Positions 38,744-50,400 of a stretch of 64,000 nt of DNA are shown here, one piece after another. The DNA is taken from contig CBDBCR010000003.1 of the NCBI GenBank assembly GCA_965203465.1, positions 352,001-416,000 of the forward strand. The letters run 5' to 3'. The DNA is from Nitrosopumilaceae archaeon (GTDB taxonomy: Archaea > Thermoproteota > Nitrososphaeria > Nitrososphaerales > Nitrosopumilaceae). Within the stretch, counting starts at the first letter, position 1. Each line of letters opens with the position of its first letter. The notes below the pieces were generated by a model. The model was not told the DNA's origin. It worked only from the letters and a program-made list of their open reading frames with translations, and made no database searches. The translations under genes were made by a program, and so were the position numbers.

Positions 38744-39067
38744 TTGAAGGTGACAGTGTGCAAGGAGGCAGAGCTGCCCCCCGGCTCGGTCAGGAAGGTG
38801 GAGGCCGGCACCTCGGAGATAGCCGTGTTCAACACAGGCTCTGGGTACTGCGCGCTCGACGACACGTGCACCCACGCGGGCGCGAGCCTCTCGGAGGGGC
38901 GCCTGGACGGGTGCAGGCTGGTGTGCGGCTGGCACGGCGCCGAGTTCGAGTGCGACGGGAAACTTGCAAAGTTTCCCGCAAAGATAGCCGACCTGTCCTC
39001 TTACCCCGTCTCGGTCGAGGCCGGCGTGGTGACAGTCGAGGTCGCAAAAGATCCGCCAGCGGACTGA
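38744..39067 (+). CDS. Rieske [2Fe-2S] ferredoxin
   Basis: CTH...CGWHG motifs. Confidence 0.92.
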   Translation: MKVTVCKEAELPPGSVRKVEAGTSEIAVFNTGSGYCALDDTCTHAGASLSEGRLDGCRLVCGWHGAEFECDGKLAKFPAKIADLSSYPVSVEAGVVTVEVAKDPPAD

Positions 39068-39240
39068 CTGCCTGATCGCGGGCGGGGCGGCAGGATCCAA
39101 GTCGCGCCCGTCTCTGGCGGGCCGGAGCCGCCGCCCGGATCCGGGCGCAGTTGAATTGCAGGCTCTCCTCGGCCTGCTCCGGCAACGCGGCCCGGGTGTG
39201 GGCAGGCGGAATCGGCGGCGGGCTCGGCATTCAAGTCTGG

Positions 39241-39756
39241 CTATTTGCGCATTCTGGGCCTCTTGCCAGCGTTCCCGCTACCGGGTTTGCGCAAAGCCGG
39301 AAAGCGCCGCTGTATATCGACGAGCCTAGCGCCGCACGCGCATAGCATTACCGGGTATTTTTTCTGTCCTATCTGGACTCTCATGCGTCGTAGTTTGTTG
39401 TGTTGGAACCATCGAGAATACCTTTTCGCGATCAGTGCAACGACCAGCTCGGGTTCCGCCTGTCCGAGGCTCGCCGTCATCTCGAGCACTTTTTTGCCCC
39501 CGGCTTCAAACTGCCTTTTTATGCGGTCCGTGTTTAGGGAAGAGCTCTTGACTTCGATCAGCGAGGCGGTCAACCCGTTGCCCACATCAAAGATTATGCA
39601 GTCGCATGCCGCAACTCCCCGTCCTGCGAGAATTTCGCCCTTTAGTATCACGTGCCGGGGCAGCCCGGCCAGATCGATCCGGCAATCGTGCTCGCGGCAC
39701 TTGGGGACGGCTGCATGCGCATACCCGGATTCGATGGCACTCAGCCTAGATCCCAT
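39241..39756 (-). CDS. Small PD-(D/E)XK nuclease-like protein
   Basis: CDCIIF...LIEVKS...QF; overlaps the upstream ATPase stop. Confidence 0.65.
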   Translation of the reverse strand: MGSRLSAIESGYAHAAVPKCREHDCRIDLAGLPRHVILKGEILAGRGVAACDCIIFDVGNGLTASLIEVKSSSLNTDRIKRQFEAGGKKVLEMTASLGQAEPELVVALIAKRYSRWFQHNKLRRMRVQIGQKKYPVMLCACGARLVDIQRRFPALRKPGSGNAGKRPRMRK

Positions 39757-41158
39757 TGATCGCACGATCCTGTATAGCCAGATACTCTACGTGCAATTCG
39801 TCGCTCGTCTTCACGAATTCGTCTGCCGGTATTCCCTCGTCGTCCACTTGCAGACGGCGTATGTCATATGCGCCTTGCGAGTGCCTGAACTCGTACGCCG
39901 CCACCTCGGCCGCGTTGAGGTAGTCGTTGGGTCCGAGGTTCAGATTGGACGACGAGCCGTTTTTGGCGGACAAGCCGGCACCGGCCTGCCGGGCCGCGAT
40001 GCTTCCTACCTGTATCAGGTTGCTCAGTTGATCCAGTATGAAAGGGCTGTGCGTGGTAAGGACGACTCTGAGCCCCAGCCTGACTAGCCTGACTAGGTAC
40101 TTGGCGAATACGGCTTGGTTGTGCGGGTGTAGGTGGGCTTCGGGTTCTTCTATGATCAGCGTGGATTTTTTGCTGATCATGTGCTTCAGATACAGTATAA
40201 ACGGCGCCATCTCGGACACCGTTGAGGATACGCGGTGGATTGGTATAGAGTGTCGCTTGTGTATGTATTTGATGTCGGATGTGTTGAGCCTGCGTTCTAT
40301 CTCTATCTGCCCTTGCAGTACTTCTTTTTCCAGCTCCGAGGCGACATCGTAAAACGGTCCACGTTTGGGCGGCATTTCTATAATGTCGCCTATGAAATCC
40401 GCGACCGCCCCGGACAGATTGGCGAACTCGGCTTTTCCGAGCCTCGCGTACGGAGCGTGTCGGATTATATTTGCAGAGATGGCCTTGTGTCCTTGGAGTA
40501 TGCCCGATCTAGCGGCCGGAAGGTAAAACGCCGCATCCGGTTCTAAGTAATCGTACATGGAGTCAAACACGATCGATTCTAGATCACGGTTTGATCTTGG
40601 CGCGTTGATGAAGATGGAGTTGCCCTCTACCCGGTACGTCAAATCGCCGTTGCGGGCCCTGTTCAGCGAAATGCTAGGTTTGGCGGAAAGCACGACTTTG
40701 CATGCGGAGCGCTTGTTGGAGATGCGCATCCTGGCGGTTATGCGGTTTGTCTGCATTCTGATGGTGCACTTTTCAGCGCCAAACCGGATCAGCGACGCAA
40801 AGTCGTCCAGAAAAGCACCCTTGACGCTGCCCAGAATTCTCTCTTGAAAGTGGTTGCAAAACTCGCCCACTAAATCTTCCACAACATCGTCCCGTACCGG
40901 CGTGCTGCCGTCTATGGTCGGCTTTGGTGTCGTGGCGATGTACTCTGCTTTGTGCACACGCCCCGACGGCGCCGATCCGCGCTTGCTGCCGAACATGGAA
41001 CGGACAAGCAGAGCCGCGTACGATTTGCCCGAATTGTTGGGCCCGAGGAGAACCGTCATTGGCATGAGAACCATGCTACCGCGGCGTATAGGCCCAAAGT
41101 CCCGTATGTCGATCTTTACGGCGTCGGCGGCGAATCCATTGGCGACCTTGCTACGCAT
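39746..41158 (-). CDS. ABC-type (AAA_15/AAA_21-like) soluble ATPase
   Basis: DFGPI, GPNNSGKS, YLPAARSG, SSTVSE, IIEEPEAHLHP, TTHS; no TM partner; AT-richer; start uncertain. Confidence 0.88.
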   Translation of the reverse strand: MRSKVANGFAADAVKIDIRDFGPIRRGSMVLMPMTVLLGPNNSGKSYAALLVRSMFGSKRGSAPSGRVHKAEYIATTPKPTIDGSTPVRDDVVEDLVGEFCNHFQERILGSVKGAFLDDFASLIRFGAEKCTIRMQTNRITARMRISNKRSACKVVLSAKPSISLNRARNGDLTYRVEGNSIFINAPRSNRDLESIVFDSMYDYLEPDAAFYLPAARSGILQGHKAISANIIRHAPYARLGKAEFANLSGAVADFIGDIIEMPPKRGPFYDVASELEKEVLQGQIEIERRLNTSDIKYIHKRHSIPIHRVSSTVSEMAPFILYLKHMISKKSTLIIEEPEAHLHPHNQAVFAKYLVRLVRLGLRVVLTTHSPFILDQLSNLIQVGSIAARQAGAGLSAKNGSSSNLNLGPNDYLNAAEVAAYEFRHSQGAYDIRRLQVDDEGIPADEFVKTSDELHVEYLAIQDRAINGI

Positions 41159-41425
41159 GGCCCATATTCGAACACGCACCCAAAAAAACATACCTCTGCG
41201 TCAAGGGATGCCGGCGAATCAACGCAGGCATGCGTACCCGCACGGGCCGCCCGAGTTTATAAAGAAAAGCCGGCCGCATCGTTGGGCCCCGGCCCGCGCC
41301 CGAATACGGCAGTCTTCAGGCCGAACGGGGCCGCGCCTGCGCCCGCCTTTGGCGGCCGCGCCCCGCCGTCCGGAACGGCCAGTTTGGGGCATAAGAAAAA
41401 ATACCTCCCCTCCGGGCCCCCGCCC

Positions 41426-41695
41426 ATGGCAGACGATGAGCGCAACAAGAGGACGCTGATGGAGGCGATCCAGACGCTGGGCCAGATAGAGGCGGGCCCG
41501 TCCACCCCAAAGACCGTAAAGAAGGCCATAGCCAGCCTCGTGGCCGACCTCAAGGGCGGCGAGTACTCGGTCTCGGTGAGGGCGGCAAACGCCATAAGCG
41601 TGCTGGACGACATCACGCAGGACCCCAACATGCCGTCGTACATCAGGACGCAGCTGTGGCAGACGGTCTCGAGGCTCGAGGGAATCAGGGAATAG
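41426..41695 (+). CDS. UPF0147 family protein
   Basis: TPKTVK...RAANAISVLDDITQDPNMPSYIRTQLW. Confidence 0.9.
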   Translation: MADDERNKRTLMEAIQTLGQIEAGPSTPKTVKKAIASLVADLKGGEYSVSVRAANAISVLDDITQDPNMPSYIRTQLWQTVSRLEGIRE

Positions 41696-41699
41696 GCCC

Positions 41700-42431
41700 G
41701 TGAAGATAGAAGAGTACCTCGGCTCGCTCCCGCCCGGCGCGCTGAGCGGCGACGATGCCGACCTCCCCGATTCGGCGTACAGGGACGCCTTCGAGCTGGC
41801 CGGCTTGGCCCGGGGCGAGCTGTTCTGCCACCTCGGGTGCGGGCGCGGGCGCGGCGTGCGGCTGGCCGTCTCGGAGTACGGCGCGCGCGGCTTGGGCGTC
41901 GATTCGGATCCCGCCAAGATAGAGGCCGCGCGCGGCTCGTGCGAGGCGCGGTGGGCCTGCGCCGACGCGGCCTCGTACAGGTGGCCCGGGCCGGACGTCG
42001 TGCTGCTCTGGTTTTCGGATCAGGGCGTCGTGCGCGCGGCGGCAGAGATGGCCGCGCGCCTGCCGGCCGGCTCGCGCATAGTCACGCTCGCAGAGCCGCT
42101 GCCCGGCGCGATGCCCGAAAAGGTCGAATACCCGTACATACTCCACAGGACGCCGCTGGCGCCGGCCTCGCTGCGCGAGCAGTTCGAGGCGGTCTTCGGG
42201 GCGCGGTGCATGGACTTTGTCACCGCGTGGGAGCACGCCGAGAGGTACTCCAAGGCCGTCTCGGGCGGCGCCGACCGCTTCCTGACCATAATGCAGTCGG
42301 TGCTGATGTGGATAAACGCTAGCAACATGGGCCTGGCCTGCAGCGAGCAGATGCCCGAGCCGGTCAGGGCGTACTCGCAGATACTCCGGCACCACTTCGG
42401 CATAGACGTGGACCACCTGCTCGAGCCGTAG
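41700..42431 (+). CDS. Putative SAM-dependent methyltransferase
   Basis: HLGCGRG motif I followed by GVD. Confidence 0.75.
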   Translation: MKIEEYLGSLPPGALSGDDADLPDSAYRDAFELAGLARGELFCHLGCGRGRGVRLAVSEYGARGLGVDSDPAKIEAARGSCEARWACADAASYRWPGPDVVLLWFSDQGVVRAAAEMAARLPAGSRIVTLAEPLPGAMPEKVEYPYILHRTPLAPASLREQFEAVFGARCMDFVTAWEHAERYSKAVSGGADRFLTIMQSVLMWINASNMGLACSEQMPEPVRAYSQILRHHFGIDVDHLLEP

Positions 42432-43035
42432 ACTGGCGGCGCCGTTTCGACTCGGCTGCGCGCGGCCCGGCCGATCGGTTTTGCGGGCACGGGAAAGCGC
42501 GCAGATCCACGCGTGCGCTAGCCCCGTCCCGTCAAGGGTTTGCGGCCCCAGGCCGCGCGGGCTGCCAAGCAGTGTTCCGGCTACGCTAGACGTAGACTCG
42601 GCGAAGGATCGGGGGCAAAACCGCGGAATGCGGCCCAGAAATCCGGCGGGCGGTGCGAGGCGGATCGGGTGCAAAGGCCGCATCGCGTGCGGATCTTCAG
42701 CACCGCGCATAGATCGTAAAGCGGCGCCGGCGGCCGTTCCCGAGGCGCCGCGGCCGCGGTTGATCCAGCGCGCGACGTGCGTCGGCTGATCGAGCGTCGG
42801 GAGGCGCGGAATCGACCGGCGCGTCAAAAAAGACACGGCGGAGGCCCGGCGTGCCGGCCGCAGCCGGCTCTGCGAAACGCGGGCACCGGACGGGCGGGAC
42901 GGCGGATCCGTTCCCCGAGTTCCGAAAGCGCAGAAATCCGCCCCGGGCGTTTCGGCGCATTCGCGCGGCGTCTGCCGCCGGCCTGCCCACTATGCCGGGC
43001 CAAGCCTTTTATCGCCAGCGGCCCAACGGCCCCCG

Positions 43036-43383
43036 TTGGAAGGCAGGCTCAACATCAACGTCTCGGCCGTCGACTACGAAAAGACGCGCGCGGCGCTCTC
43101 CAAGGTGCTCTCCCTGCTCGAGCAGAGGGTGCGCGCCGAGGACGCCTTTGCGGCCACGGACTCCGAGTTCGCCTTCGGGTGGCACTTTTTCGTGGTCAGC
43201 GTGCGCAGGGACTTGGTGTGGGGCCTGGCCGAGCAGATGGGGCCCGACTTTGACAGGCTAAAGGGCAAGACCGTCGAGGACAAGTTCATCTCGTGGCTCC
43301 ACGGCCAGGCCAAGGCCGGCTCGCCGCGCTTCAAGATGGACGTAAAGGAGCGCATGGAATCGAGCAAATTCGGCATTTTTTGA
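43036..43383 (+). CDS. Hypothetical protein
   Basis: Strong coding bias; TTTTAT about 24 nt upstream of the TTG start. Confidence 0.75.
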   Translation: MEGRLNINVSAVDYEKTRAALSKVLSLLEQRVRAEDAFAATDSEFAFGWHFFVVSVRRDLVWGLAEQMGPDFDRLKGKTVEDKFISWLHGQAKAGSPRFKMDVKERMESSKFGIF

Positions 43384-43422
43384 CAAGGGTTAAAATGCCA
43401 GTCCCCCCGCCTACCCGCCGGA

Positions 43423-45564
43423 TTGCGGCACTTTGTACCGATCGCCCTGCTGGCCCTCGCCCTGCCGGCCGCGTACGGCGCGGCCTGGGACAGCGACGGC
43501 GACGGGATACGCGACGGGGCAGACCTGTGCCCCAACCTGCCCGAGGACTACGACCCGCAGTACGGCTCGGTGGACGACGGGTGCCCCGGCGGGTTCGTCC
43601 CGTGGTACGACGCCGACTATGACGGCATACAGGATCACCGCGACTCGTGCCCGACGGTGCGCGAAAACTACAACCGCTACATGGATCAGGACGGGTGCCC
43701 CGACACGGCGCCCGGCGGCGGAAGCTCCGGGCTGCCGGACCGCGACGGCGACGGCTTCATAGACACGCTGGACGCGTGCCCCTCGGCGCCCGAGACATTC
43801 AACGGCCTGGACGATTCCGACGGGTGCCCCGACCAGGTCTCGCTCGGCGACTCTGACCGCGACGGGATATCCGACGGGGCCGACGCGTGCCCCGAGGCGC
43901 CCGAGACGCACAACCGCTTCCAGGACGCGGACGGGTGCCCCGACAGCGCGCCCCTCGAGGGCGCCGCGTTCGAGTTTCCCGATTCGGACGGCGACGGGAT
44001 AATCGACAGGTTCGATTCTTGCCCGGGCGTCGCCGAAAACCTCGACGGGTACCTGGACTACGACGGGTGCCCCGAGGAGGCGGCCCTTGCCACCGGCGTG
44101 CCGCAGGATTCGGACTACGACGCCATACCCGACTCGTCCGATCGGTGCCCCGACGAGCCTGAAAACTACAACAAGTACCAGGATCAGGACGGGTGCCCCG
44201 ACGCGCCGGACGTCTCCACCGACAGCGACACCGACGGCGACGGGATAGGCGCAGGCGACGTGTGCCCCAACAGCCCCGAGACGTACAACCGCTACCTCGA
44301 CGGCGACGGGTGCCCCGACCAGGTGGGCGGCAGCCCGGGCAGCCCCGACACCGACGGCGACGGGATAATCGACGCGATGGATCTGTGCCCCGGCGCCGCC
44401 GAGGCGTACAACGGGTTCCAGGATGCCGACGGGTGCCCCGACGAGTACGCGCTGCTCGGCGATTCGGACTTTGACGGCGTCCCCAACTCGGCCGACGCGT
44501 GCCCGCTCGAGCCCGAGACGTACAACCGCCACCAGGACGCGGACGGGTGCCCCGACGAGCTGGAGGCGGCGGCCTCTTCGTACGAGTTCCCCGACGGCGA
44601 CGGCGACGGGATAGACGACCGCTGGGACAGCTGCCCCGGCGAGGCAGAGGACGCCGACGGGGTCTTCGATCTGGACGGGTGCCCCGAAAAGGACGGGATA
44701 GTCGTGCCCAGCCCGTCGGACGCCGACTATGACACGATACCGGATTCGGCAGACGTCTGCCCGCTGGTCGCCGAGAACTTCAACGGCTTCCAAGACGCGG
44801 ACGGGTGCCCGGACCGCGGTTCGGCGCCGTCGCTGGGCGACGCCGACTACGACGGCGTGCCCGACGGCGCCGACGCCTGCCCGCTGGCCAGGGAGACGTA
44901 CAACAGGTTCCAGGATGCCGACGGGTGCCCCGACTCCGCGGAGGGCGGCCCGTGGGTGCCCGACACCGACGGCGACGGGACAATCGACGCGAGGGACCTG
45001 TGCCCCGGCGCACCCGAGACGTACAACGGGTTCCAGGATGCCGACGGGTGCCCCGACTCGCTGCAGGGCGGCCGCGACTCCGACTCTGACGGGATACCGG
45101 ATCCGGACGACGCGTGCCCGCTCGAGCCCGAAAACTACAACCGCCACCAGGACGCGGACGGGTGCCCCGACTCTACGCTGCGCGACCGCCCCGTCTTTGA
45201 GTTTCCGGACGGCGACGGGGACGGGATAATCGACAGGTTCGACTCTTGCCCCGGCGCCGCCGAGACGCCCAACGGGTACCTGGACACGGACGGCTGCCCC
45301 GACGAGCCGGCCTCTGACGCGGGCCCGCCCGTCTCGAGGGACGCCGACGGCGACGGGATACCCGACACAGACGATTCGTGCCCCAACAGCCCCGAGACGT
45401 GGAACAAGTACCTAGACACGGACGGCTGCCCCGACTCGTTCCCCGAGCAGTCGCGCTTCGTCCACGATACTGATCTGGACGGGATACTCAACGACGCGGA
45501 TCTGTGCCCCGCGGAGCCCGAAGACTACGACGGCGTCGGGGACGCCGACGGCTGCCCCGAATGA
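43423..45564 (+). CDS. Secreted thrombospondin type-3 (Ca-binding) repeat protein
   Basis: Signal peptide and many DxDxDGIxDxxDxCP...ExYNxxQDxDGCPD units. Confidence 0.93.
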   Translation: MRHFVPIALLALALPAAYGAAWDSDGDGIRDGADLCPNLPEDYDPQYGSVDDGCPGGFVPWYDADYDGIQDHRDSCPTVRENYNRYMDQDGCPDTAPGGGSSGLPDRDGDGFIDTLDACPSAPETFNGLDDSDGCPDQVSLGDSDRDGISDGADACPEAPETHNRFQDADGCPDSAPLEGAAFEFPDSDGDGIIDRFDSCPGVAENLDGYLDYDGCPEEAALATGVPQDSDYDAIPDSSDRCPDEPENYNKYQDQDGCPDAPDVSTDSDTDGDGIGAGDVCPNSPETYNRYLDGDGCPDQVGGSPGSPDTDGDGIIDAMDLCPGAAEAYNGFQDADGCPDEYALLGDSDFDGVPNSADACPLEPETYNRHQDADGCPDELEAAASSYEFPDGDGDGIDDRWDSCPGEAEDADGVFDLDGCPEKDGIVVPSPSDADYDTIPDSADVCPLVAENFNGFQDADGCPDRGSAPSLGDADYDGVPDGADACPLARETYNRFQDADGCPDSAEGGPWVPDTDGDGTIDARDLCPGAPETYNGFQDADGCPDSLQGGRDSDSDGIPDPDDACPLEPENYNRHQDADGCPDSTLRDRPVFEFPDGDGDGIIDRFDSCPGAAETPNGYLDTDGCPDEPASDAGPPVSRDADGDGIPDTDDSCPNSPETWNKYLDTDGCPDSFPEQSRFVHDTDLDGILNDADLCPAEPEDYDGVGDADGCPE

Positions 45565-46319
45565 AGGTGCTGTACGCCGCGGCCCCGGCCGCCGCCTTCC
45601 TGCTGATACTGGCAAACGCGCTGTACGGCCACTCCGTGTTCGGGGCCTCGCACCCCGAGGCCATCGCAAAGTACTCGGTGTACGTCCACCTGCGCGAGGG
45701 GTGGGCGAGCCACCCCGGCAGCCTGCTCTTCGAGGTGACCGACGTGTGGGGCGGCGAGGGCGTCGACCTGTACTACGAGTCGGGCCAGCCGCCGCCCCTC
45801 GAGGAGCACAACTACAACAGGGTCGGCGACGTGGGCGGGCGGGAGTTCGTCGAACTGAAGCACCGCTTCAGCGACTGCAGGGCCAGCTGGCAGCCCATAC
45901 TGTACAGGTACGCCCTCGACACGGTGCGCAACGCCTACGAGGCCGCCGGCGGCGCCTCGGCCGCGCACCCGTACGCGCTCATGTACCCCGACGTGCCCGG
46001 CTCACCGCCGGGCGCGCAGGCAAGGTACGTGCAGTACGTGCCGGTCTGCGGCGGCGGCCCCTCGTACGAGTACAGCGTCCGGACCGACGATCCGTCCGCG
46101 CCCGTCGACGTGGTCTTTGCGCGCAGCGGGGAGGGCCTCGAGGAGGCCGCGCGCGGCGCGCCCGTCCCGGACGCCTACGAGGGGTGCTCGGCCGAGGCGC
46201 GCATCAGCTACAGCGGCGTGTGCGAGGGCGTCTCGGGCGGCGGGCTGCTCGTCTCGGTGCCCGACTCGACGGGCCGCGCGCTGGCAAAGATAACCGTGAA
46301 CCTGCGCGAGGTACCCTAG
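45561..46319 (+). CDS. Exported hypothetical protein
   Basis: ATGA overlap with the upstream stop; N-terminal hydrophobic helix. Confidence 0.75.
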   Translation: MKVLYAAAPAAAFLLILANALYGHSVFGASHPEAIAKYSVYVHLREGWASHPGSLLFEVTDVWGGEGVDLYYESGQPPPLEEHNYNRVGDVGGREFVELKHRFSDCRASWQPILYRYALDTVRNAYEAAGGASAAHPYALMYPDVPGSPPGAQARYVQYVPVCGGGPSYEYSVRTDDPSAPVDVVFARSGEGLEEAARGAPVPDAYEGCSAEARISYSGVCEGVSGGGLLVSVPDSTGRALAKITVNLREVP

Positions 46320-47329
46320 CGGCCTATCCAGCCCACGCGCCTGAAAAAGGCGAACATGACGGCCGCCGGCACCGCCGAGGCGAGCAGTATGGACACGAAC
46401 GCCTGGTGCTCGCCGAGCGGCCCGCCCCCCGAGGCCCCCGGCAGGCTGACGTTCATGCCGTAGAACGTGCCTATGACCGTGGAGGGTATGGCAAGCGTGA
46501 AGATTATCGTCAGGGCCGCTAGCACCTTGTTGGTCTTTTCGGTGCTGAGCATAAAGTCGGTGTCCTTGTATATCTCCATGGTCTCGCGCGACTCTTCGAG
46601 GGATTCTATTACCTTGTCTATGTGGTCTATGACGTCGTCGAAATACGGGCCCAGGTCCTTTTCGCCCGAGCCGGAGAACTCCTGCGCGCGCTGGCCCATC
46701 TCCACGACGAACCGCTTGAGCGGGTTGACTATGCGGCGCAGCATGTTGATCTCGCGCCGCAGTATCGATATGCTCCGCGCCGACGACTTTGACTCGTCAA
46801 AGACGCCGTCCTCGATGTCGTCGAGGTTGGCGATTATGCGGCGCGAGGTGTGGAGCAGGTCGTCTACGAGCACGTCGATTATCTCGTGGAGCAGGATGGC
46901 CGGCGAGCCGCCCATCAGGCGCCGCCCGCGCTCGGGGTCGGCCGAGCCCTTGCACGCCGAGATGAGATCGACTAGCGGCCGCAGGTCCCCCTGGTGTATG
47001 GTGACGAGGAACCCGGCGCCCATGAAGACGGACAGCTGGCTGTAGCGCTGCGAGCTCTTGGAGGCCAGCGGCGGAAAGTGGAGTATCACGAAAAAGTGGT
47101 CGCCGTACCCGTCGAGCTTGGGCAGCTCGAATTTCGTGAGGCAGTCCTCGACGTTGAGCTCGTTGAGCCCGTGGCGGGCCGCCATCTCCTCTACGTCGCG
47201 CCTGTCGGGGTTCTGCATGTCGGTCCACGAGAACCGCTCGCCCTCGATCACCTCGGTGCGCCGCGCCACCGGCGGCTCGCTGTGGTGCCTGCGCCCCGCG
47301 AGCAGTCGCTTTGTGATCCCCGGCTTCAC
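46316..47329 (-). CDS. corA: CorA family Mg2+ transporter
   Basis: YGMN signature between two C-terminal TM helices. Confidence 0.93.
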   Translation of the reverse strand: MKPGITKRLLAGRRHHSEPPVARRTEVIEGERFSWTDMQNPDRRDVEEMAARHGLNELNVEDCLTKFELPKLDGYGDHFFVILHFPPLASKSSQRYSQLSVFMGAGFLVTIHQGDLRPLVDLISACKGSADPERGRRLMGGSPAILLHEIIDVLVDDLLHTSRRIIANLDDIEDGVFDESKSSARSISILRREINMLRRIVNPLKRFVVEMGQRAQEFSGSGEKDLGPYFDDVIDHIDKVIESLEESRETMEIYKDTDFMLSTEKTNKVLAALTIIFTLAIPSTVIGTFYGMNVSLPGASGGGPLGEHQAFVSILLASAVPAAVMFAFFRRVGWIGR

Positions 47330-47419
47330 GGGGCCGCGGCCCGCATGTTCAAATTTAAAGCGATCGCGCGCCGGCGGCCCTGTCCGGCGGTTCCGCGCAT
47401 CCGTGCCTGCGCCGGTTTG

Positions 47420-50400
47420 TCAGGACGCCCGTGCGGCCGGCCCCGCGCCGTTCCAGTGCGGGTAGGACATCCTCAACATCGGCTTTATTCTCTTGCAAAG
47501 GGCTTCGACCCTGGGATCTTTTGATCTGCGCAGCGTCTCCCAGATCTCGCACGCCTCGTCCGGCACGACGCTGCCCTCGTGCTTGGGTATGAGGACGGCC
47601 AGGCACTCGGCGACTTGCAGCGGGAAGCCCTCGGCGTACTCGGCGAGCTTGTACACAGGGTCGTACGCCGTGTTGATCTTGCCCGGATACTGCGTTATGT
47701 GGTCGCGGTACAGTGTTATGGCCTCCTCGTCGTCCAGCGGAGTGCTTGTGAACCACGCGTCCAGGTTGTGGCTTTTCAGAGAGGGGTGGCGCCACAGGCC
47801 GGCCAGCCTCGCCCTGTTGAAGTCGGGATCGTCGCGCTTGCCCGCCAAGACGGGGCCGGCCTGCTGCACGCAGAGCCCCACCGCCGCTGGATCGTTTTTT
47901 TGCAAGATTCGCTCCACGATGGCGTCCGCGTGCTCGAGATCGTAAAAAATACGCCAGCATGACGTGCCCCGCTGTCGCCTCTTGCATTCGGGCCAGATCC
48001 GGGTTTTGCAGGACGGGCCCGTCCATGAATTCGCCGTACCACCCCGCGAGATCCTCAAACGCGTACGAGTACATTTGATTTCCCGAGACGTATCCGTCCC
48101 AGAACGCCATCTTTGTCTTTGCGCGCGGCGTTATCCTCGGGGGCAGGCGCCTCGCCCACTCTTGATCCAGGGTAGTAAAGACCGGGCAGGAAGATTCCCA
48201 GAACCGCGTGGCGGGAAGCCGTGTGGTCGTCGCCGTCCAAGTACTCGTCAAAGATCAGTTTTGCCTCCGGCACCAGGGCCAGGCTTTCGTCGTGCGTCTT
48301 GCACCACGAGGCGTAATGATACACCGCGTGGAACGATGTCCCGTTGAGATTGTTTAGGGACATGTCCAGCGCGCCGGTCCTGCCCGGATATTCGTATTCC
48401 CTGTCGGCGGCGCCGATTCTCACCAAATCCTCCAAGACTCCCCGCGCCTCGTTTCTCAGGCCGTAGTCCACCGAGTTTTCCTTGAATCCGCCCTCCACCA
48501 GCCAGAACAGGGGCAGCAGCGCCGACCGCAGAGACTCCTTTTCGGGCGCCGACTCGCCCAGCCGTGCGCGGTTCTGCTCGAACCGTCGCACAACACCTTT
48601 GATCAGATGCAACACGCCGCCCCACTCTATGCGTCCGCCGTCCCTGGCGGCCTCGCGCAGGCCCAAAAACAGGCCGCGCTGGATGTGGGGGTGGGCCGAG
48701 CCGAGGCCGAGCGCCCTCTTGGAGCATTCCGACGGGTTGTCCCTCACGTATTCCTCGAACGCCTCTGCCATGTCTTTGGACAGGAAAGGGTCGGGAGGCT
48801 CGTATTCTTTCACGAGGTCAAAGACATCGCCGGGGCTCTTGCCGTCAAAGTCCAGATCCGCCACCAAGGCGGCGCCTCGAGTCCCGTCCATTTGTTGTAG
48901 AGATTCCGGCACGCTTTTTTAGCGTTGCGGGATCCGGGTGCCCTGTGCGAGGCGCCAAGATTACGGCGCCTGCCCCGGCACCGCGTGCCCGCCTCGGAAA
49001 GGGGCTTGCGCGCCCGGATCGCGCCCGTGGAGACGAGCTAGCCCGTTTTCCGCCTTGCGCCGTCGCCCGGCGCGGGGGACGCCGTCTTCGAGAGGCGCAG
49101 GTATTCCGGGCATTCGCGCATGGTCTCAGAGTGCCACAGCACGGAAAGCGCCGCCTCGCGCCTGAACATGTCCGGAAACTCGGCATAGGCGTGCAGCTCG
49201 AGTCTGCGGTACATGCAGTGATCCCTTCCGTACAGGACTTTCATGGCCTCCGCGCCGTCTTTGCGCCGCACGGCATTGACGATGCAGTCTCGCATGCAGA
49301 TGAACAGCGACGATGTCGTCTCTGCGCGCAGGCCCGTCTCTGCGACATCCGAAAAGCAGCATTTCCTGCGCCCTTTGCCCGTTTTCCCGCCCCGCCCGTC
49401 GTGCGCGAGCGATTCGTGTAGGAGGCCGTCCAGCAGCTTTATCACGGGCAGCGGTTCTCTTTTGGCCCGCTTGGGCATTTTGTCCAGGATCCTTTCAAAC
49501 ATGAACGGATCTGTGGGCTCGGAGTGCCCGGTGCCTCCGCTAGCGGCGGGGCGGGTCTCTAATATCTCCCGGTTTAGCGCGCGGCTCATCATGCGGGCAG
49601 CTACGTCGTACTTGGAGTCTTGGACGAGTTTTTCGGCGACTTCTAGGTAGCAGGCCCGAAACTGATCCTGCCCCATGAAGCGATCCCACCCCTCCCGCAG
49701 CGCCTTTCTGCCCACCTTTTCAGCGTTTACCGTGGCGAGCAGGACGGCGCATCTGAGAAAGTCCGTGTAGACCGAGGGGTCTGTCCCCTCCGAGAACTCG
49801 CACGACAGGATGATGCCGGCTACGTCGTCGCCGCGATCCCGCGCGCATTTTTCAAGGTATATCGCCGGCGCCCACCGCTCGTAACTCCTAGGCCGGCCGC
49901 CGGTCGAAGGCGGGAGACTTTCAAAAAAACCGGCCTTTTTGAGGGGCAAAAGCCAGCCAGTCTGCACTCCGTCGATCAGGTAGGCGTTGGACGCTTGCCG
50001 TAGCAAGGCCGCGATCCTTCGCGCAGAAGCCGGGGACTTGTGCCCTATCAGCACCTTGTTCAGTTTCGGGCTCGGCACGCGCGGAAAGTTGATCGACTTA
50101 TCCAGCGCCTCTTCTACTTTGAACATGATGTCTAGCGCTTGGGCATCGGACATTCCCTCGCGGTGATGGCACACCCTGCTGAGACGGTCGTACGTCCTTG
50201 CCATCATGTCGAGCAGATGGACCACGGACCATCGTTCCTCGAGCTTGAACTTCTTTTGGAGGCATTCTCTCCTTTCCTTGATCGACTTTCCCTTGCGCTT
50301 TGGTTCCTCGTCGAATCGGGCCAGTTGATCTATCGCCTCCCTCATGGACTGCGCCAAATGCACAAACTTGTCCGGGTATTCTTCTTGTTTCAGCACGTGC

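Noticed and set aside
42432-43030. 600-nt intergenic stretch as tRNA/ncRNA or gene
   Set aside because: No cloverleaf, T-loop or recognisable RNA motif seen; the ORFs lack codon bias. Left unexplained.
43423-45564. Regularly spaced DNA repeats (GACGGGTGCCCCGAC) resembling a CRISPR array
   Set aside because: They are in-frame codons of TSP3 protein repeats (DGCPD) that vary at synonymous sites; no cas genes are present.
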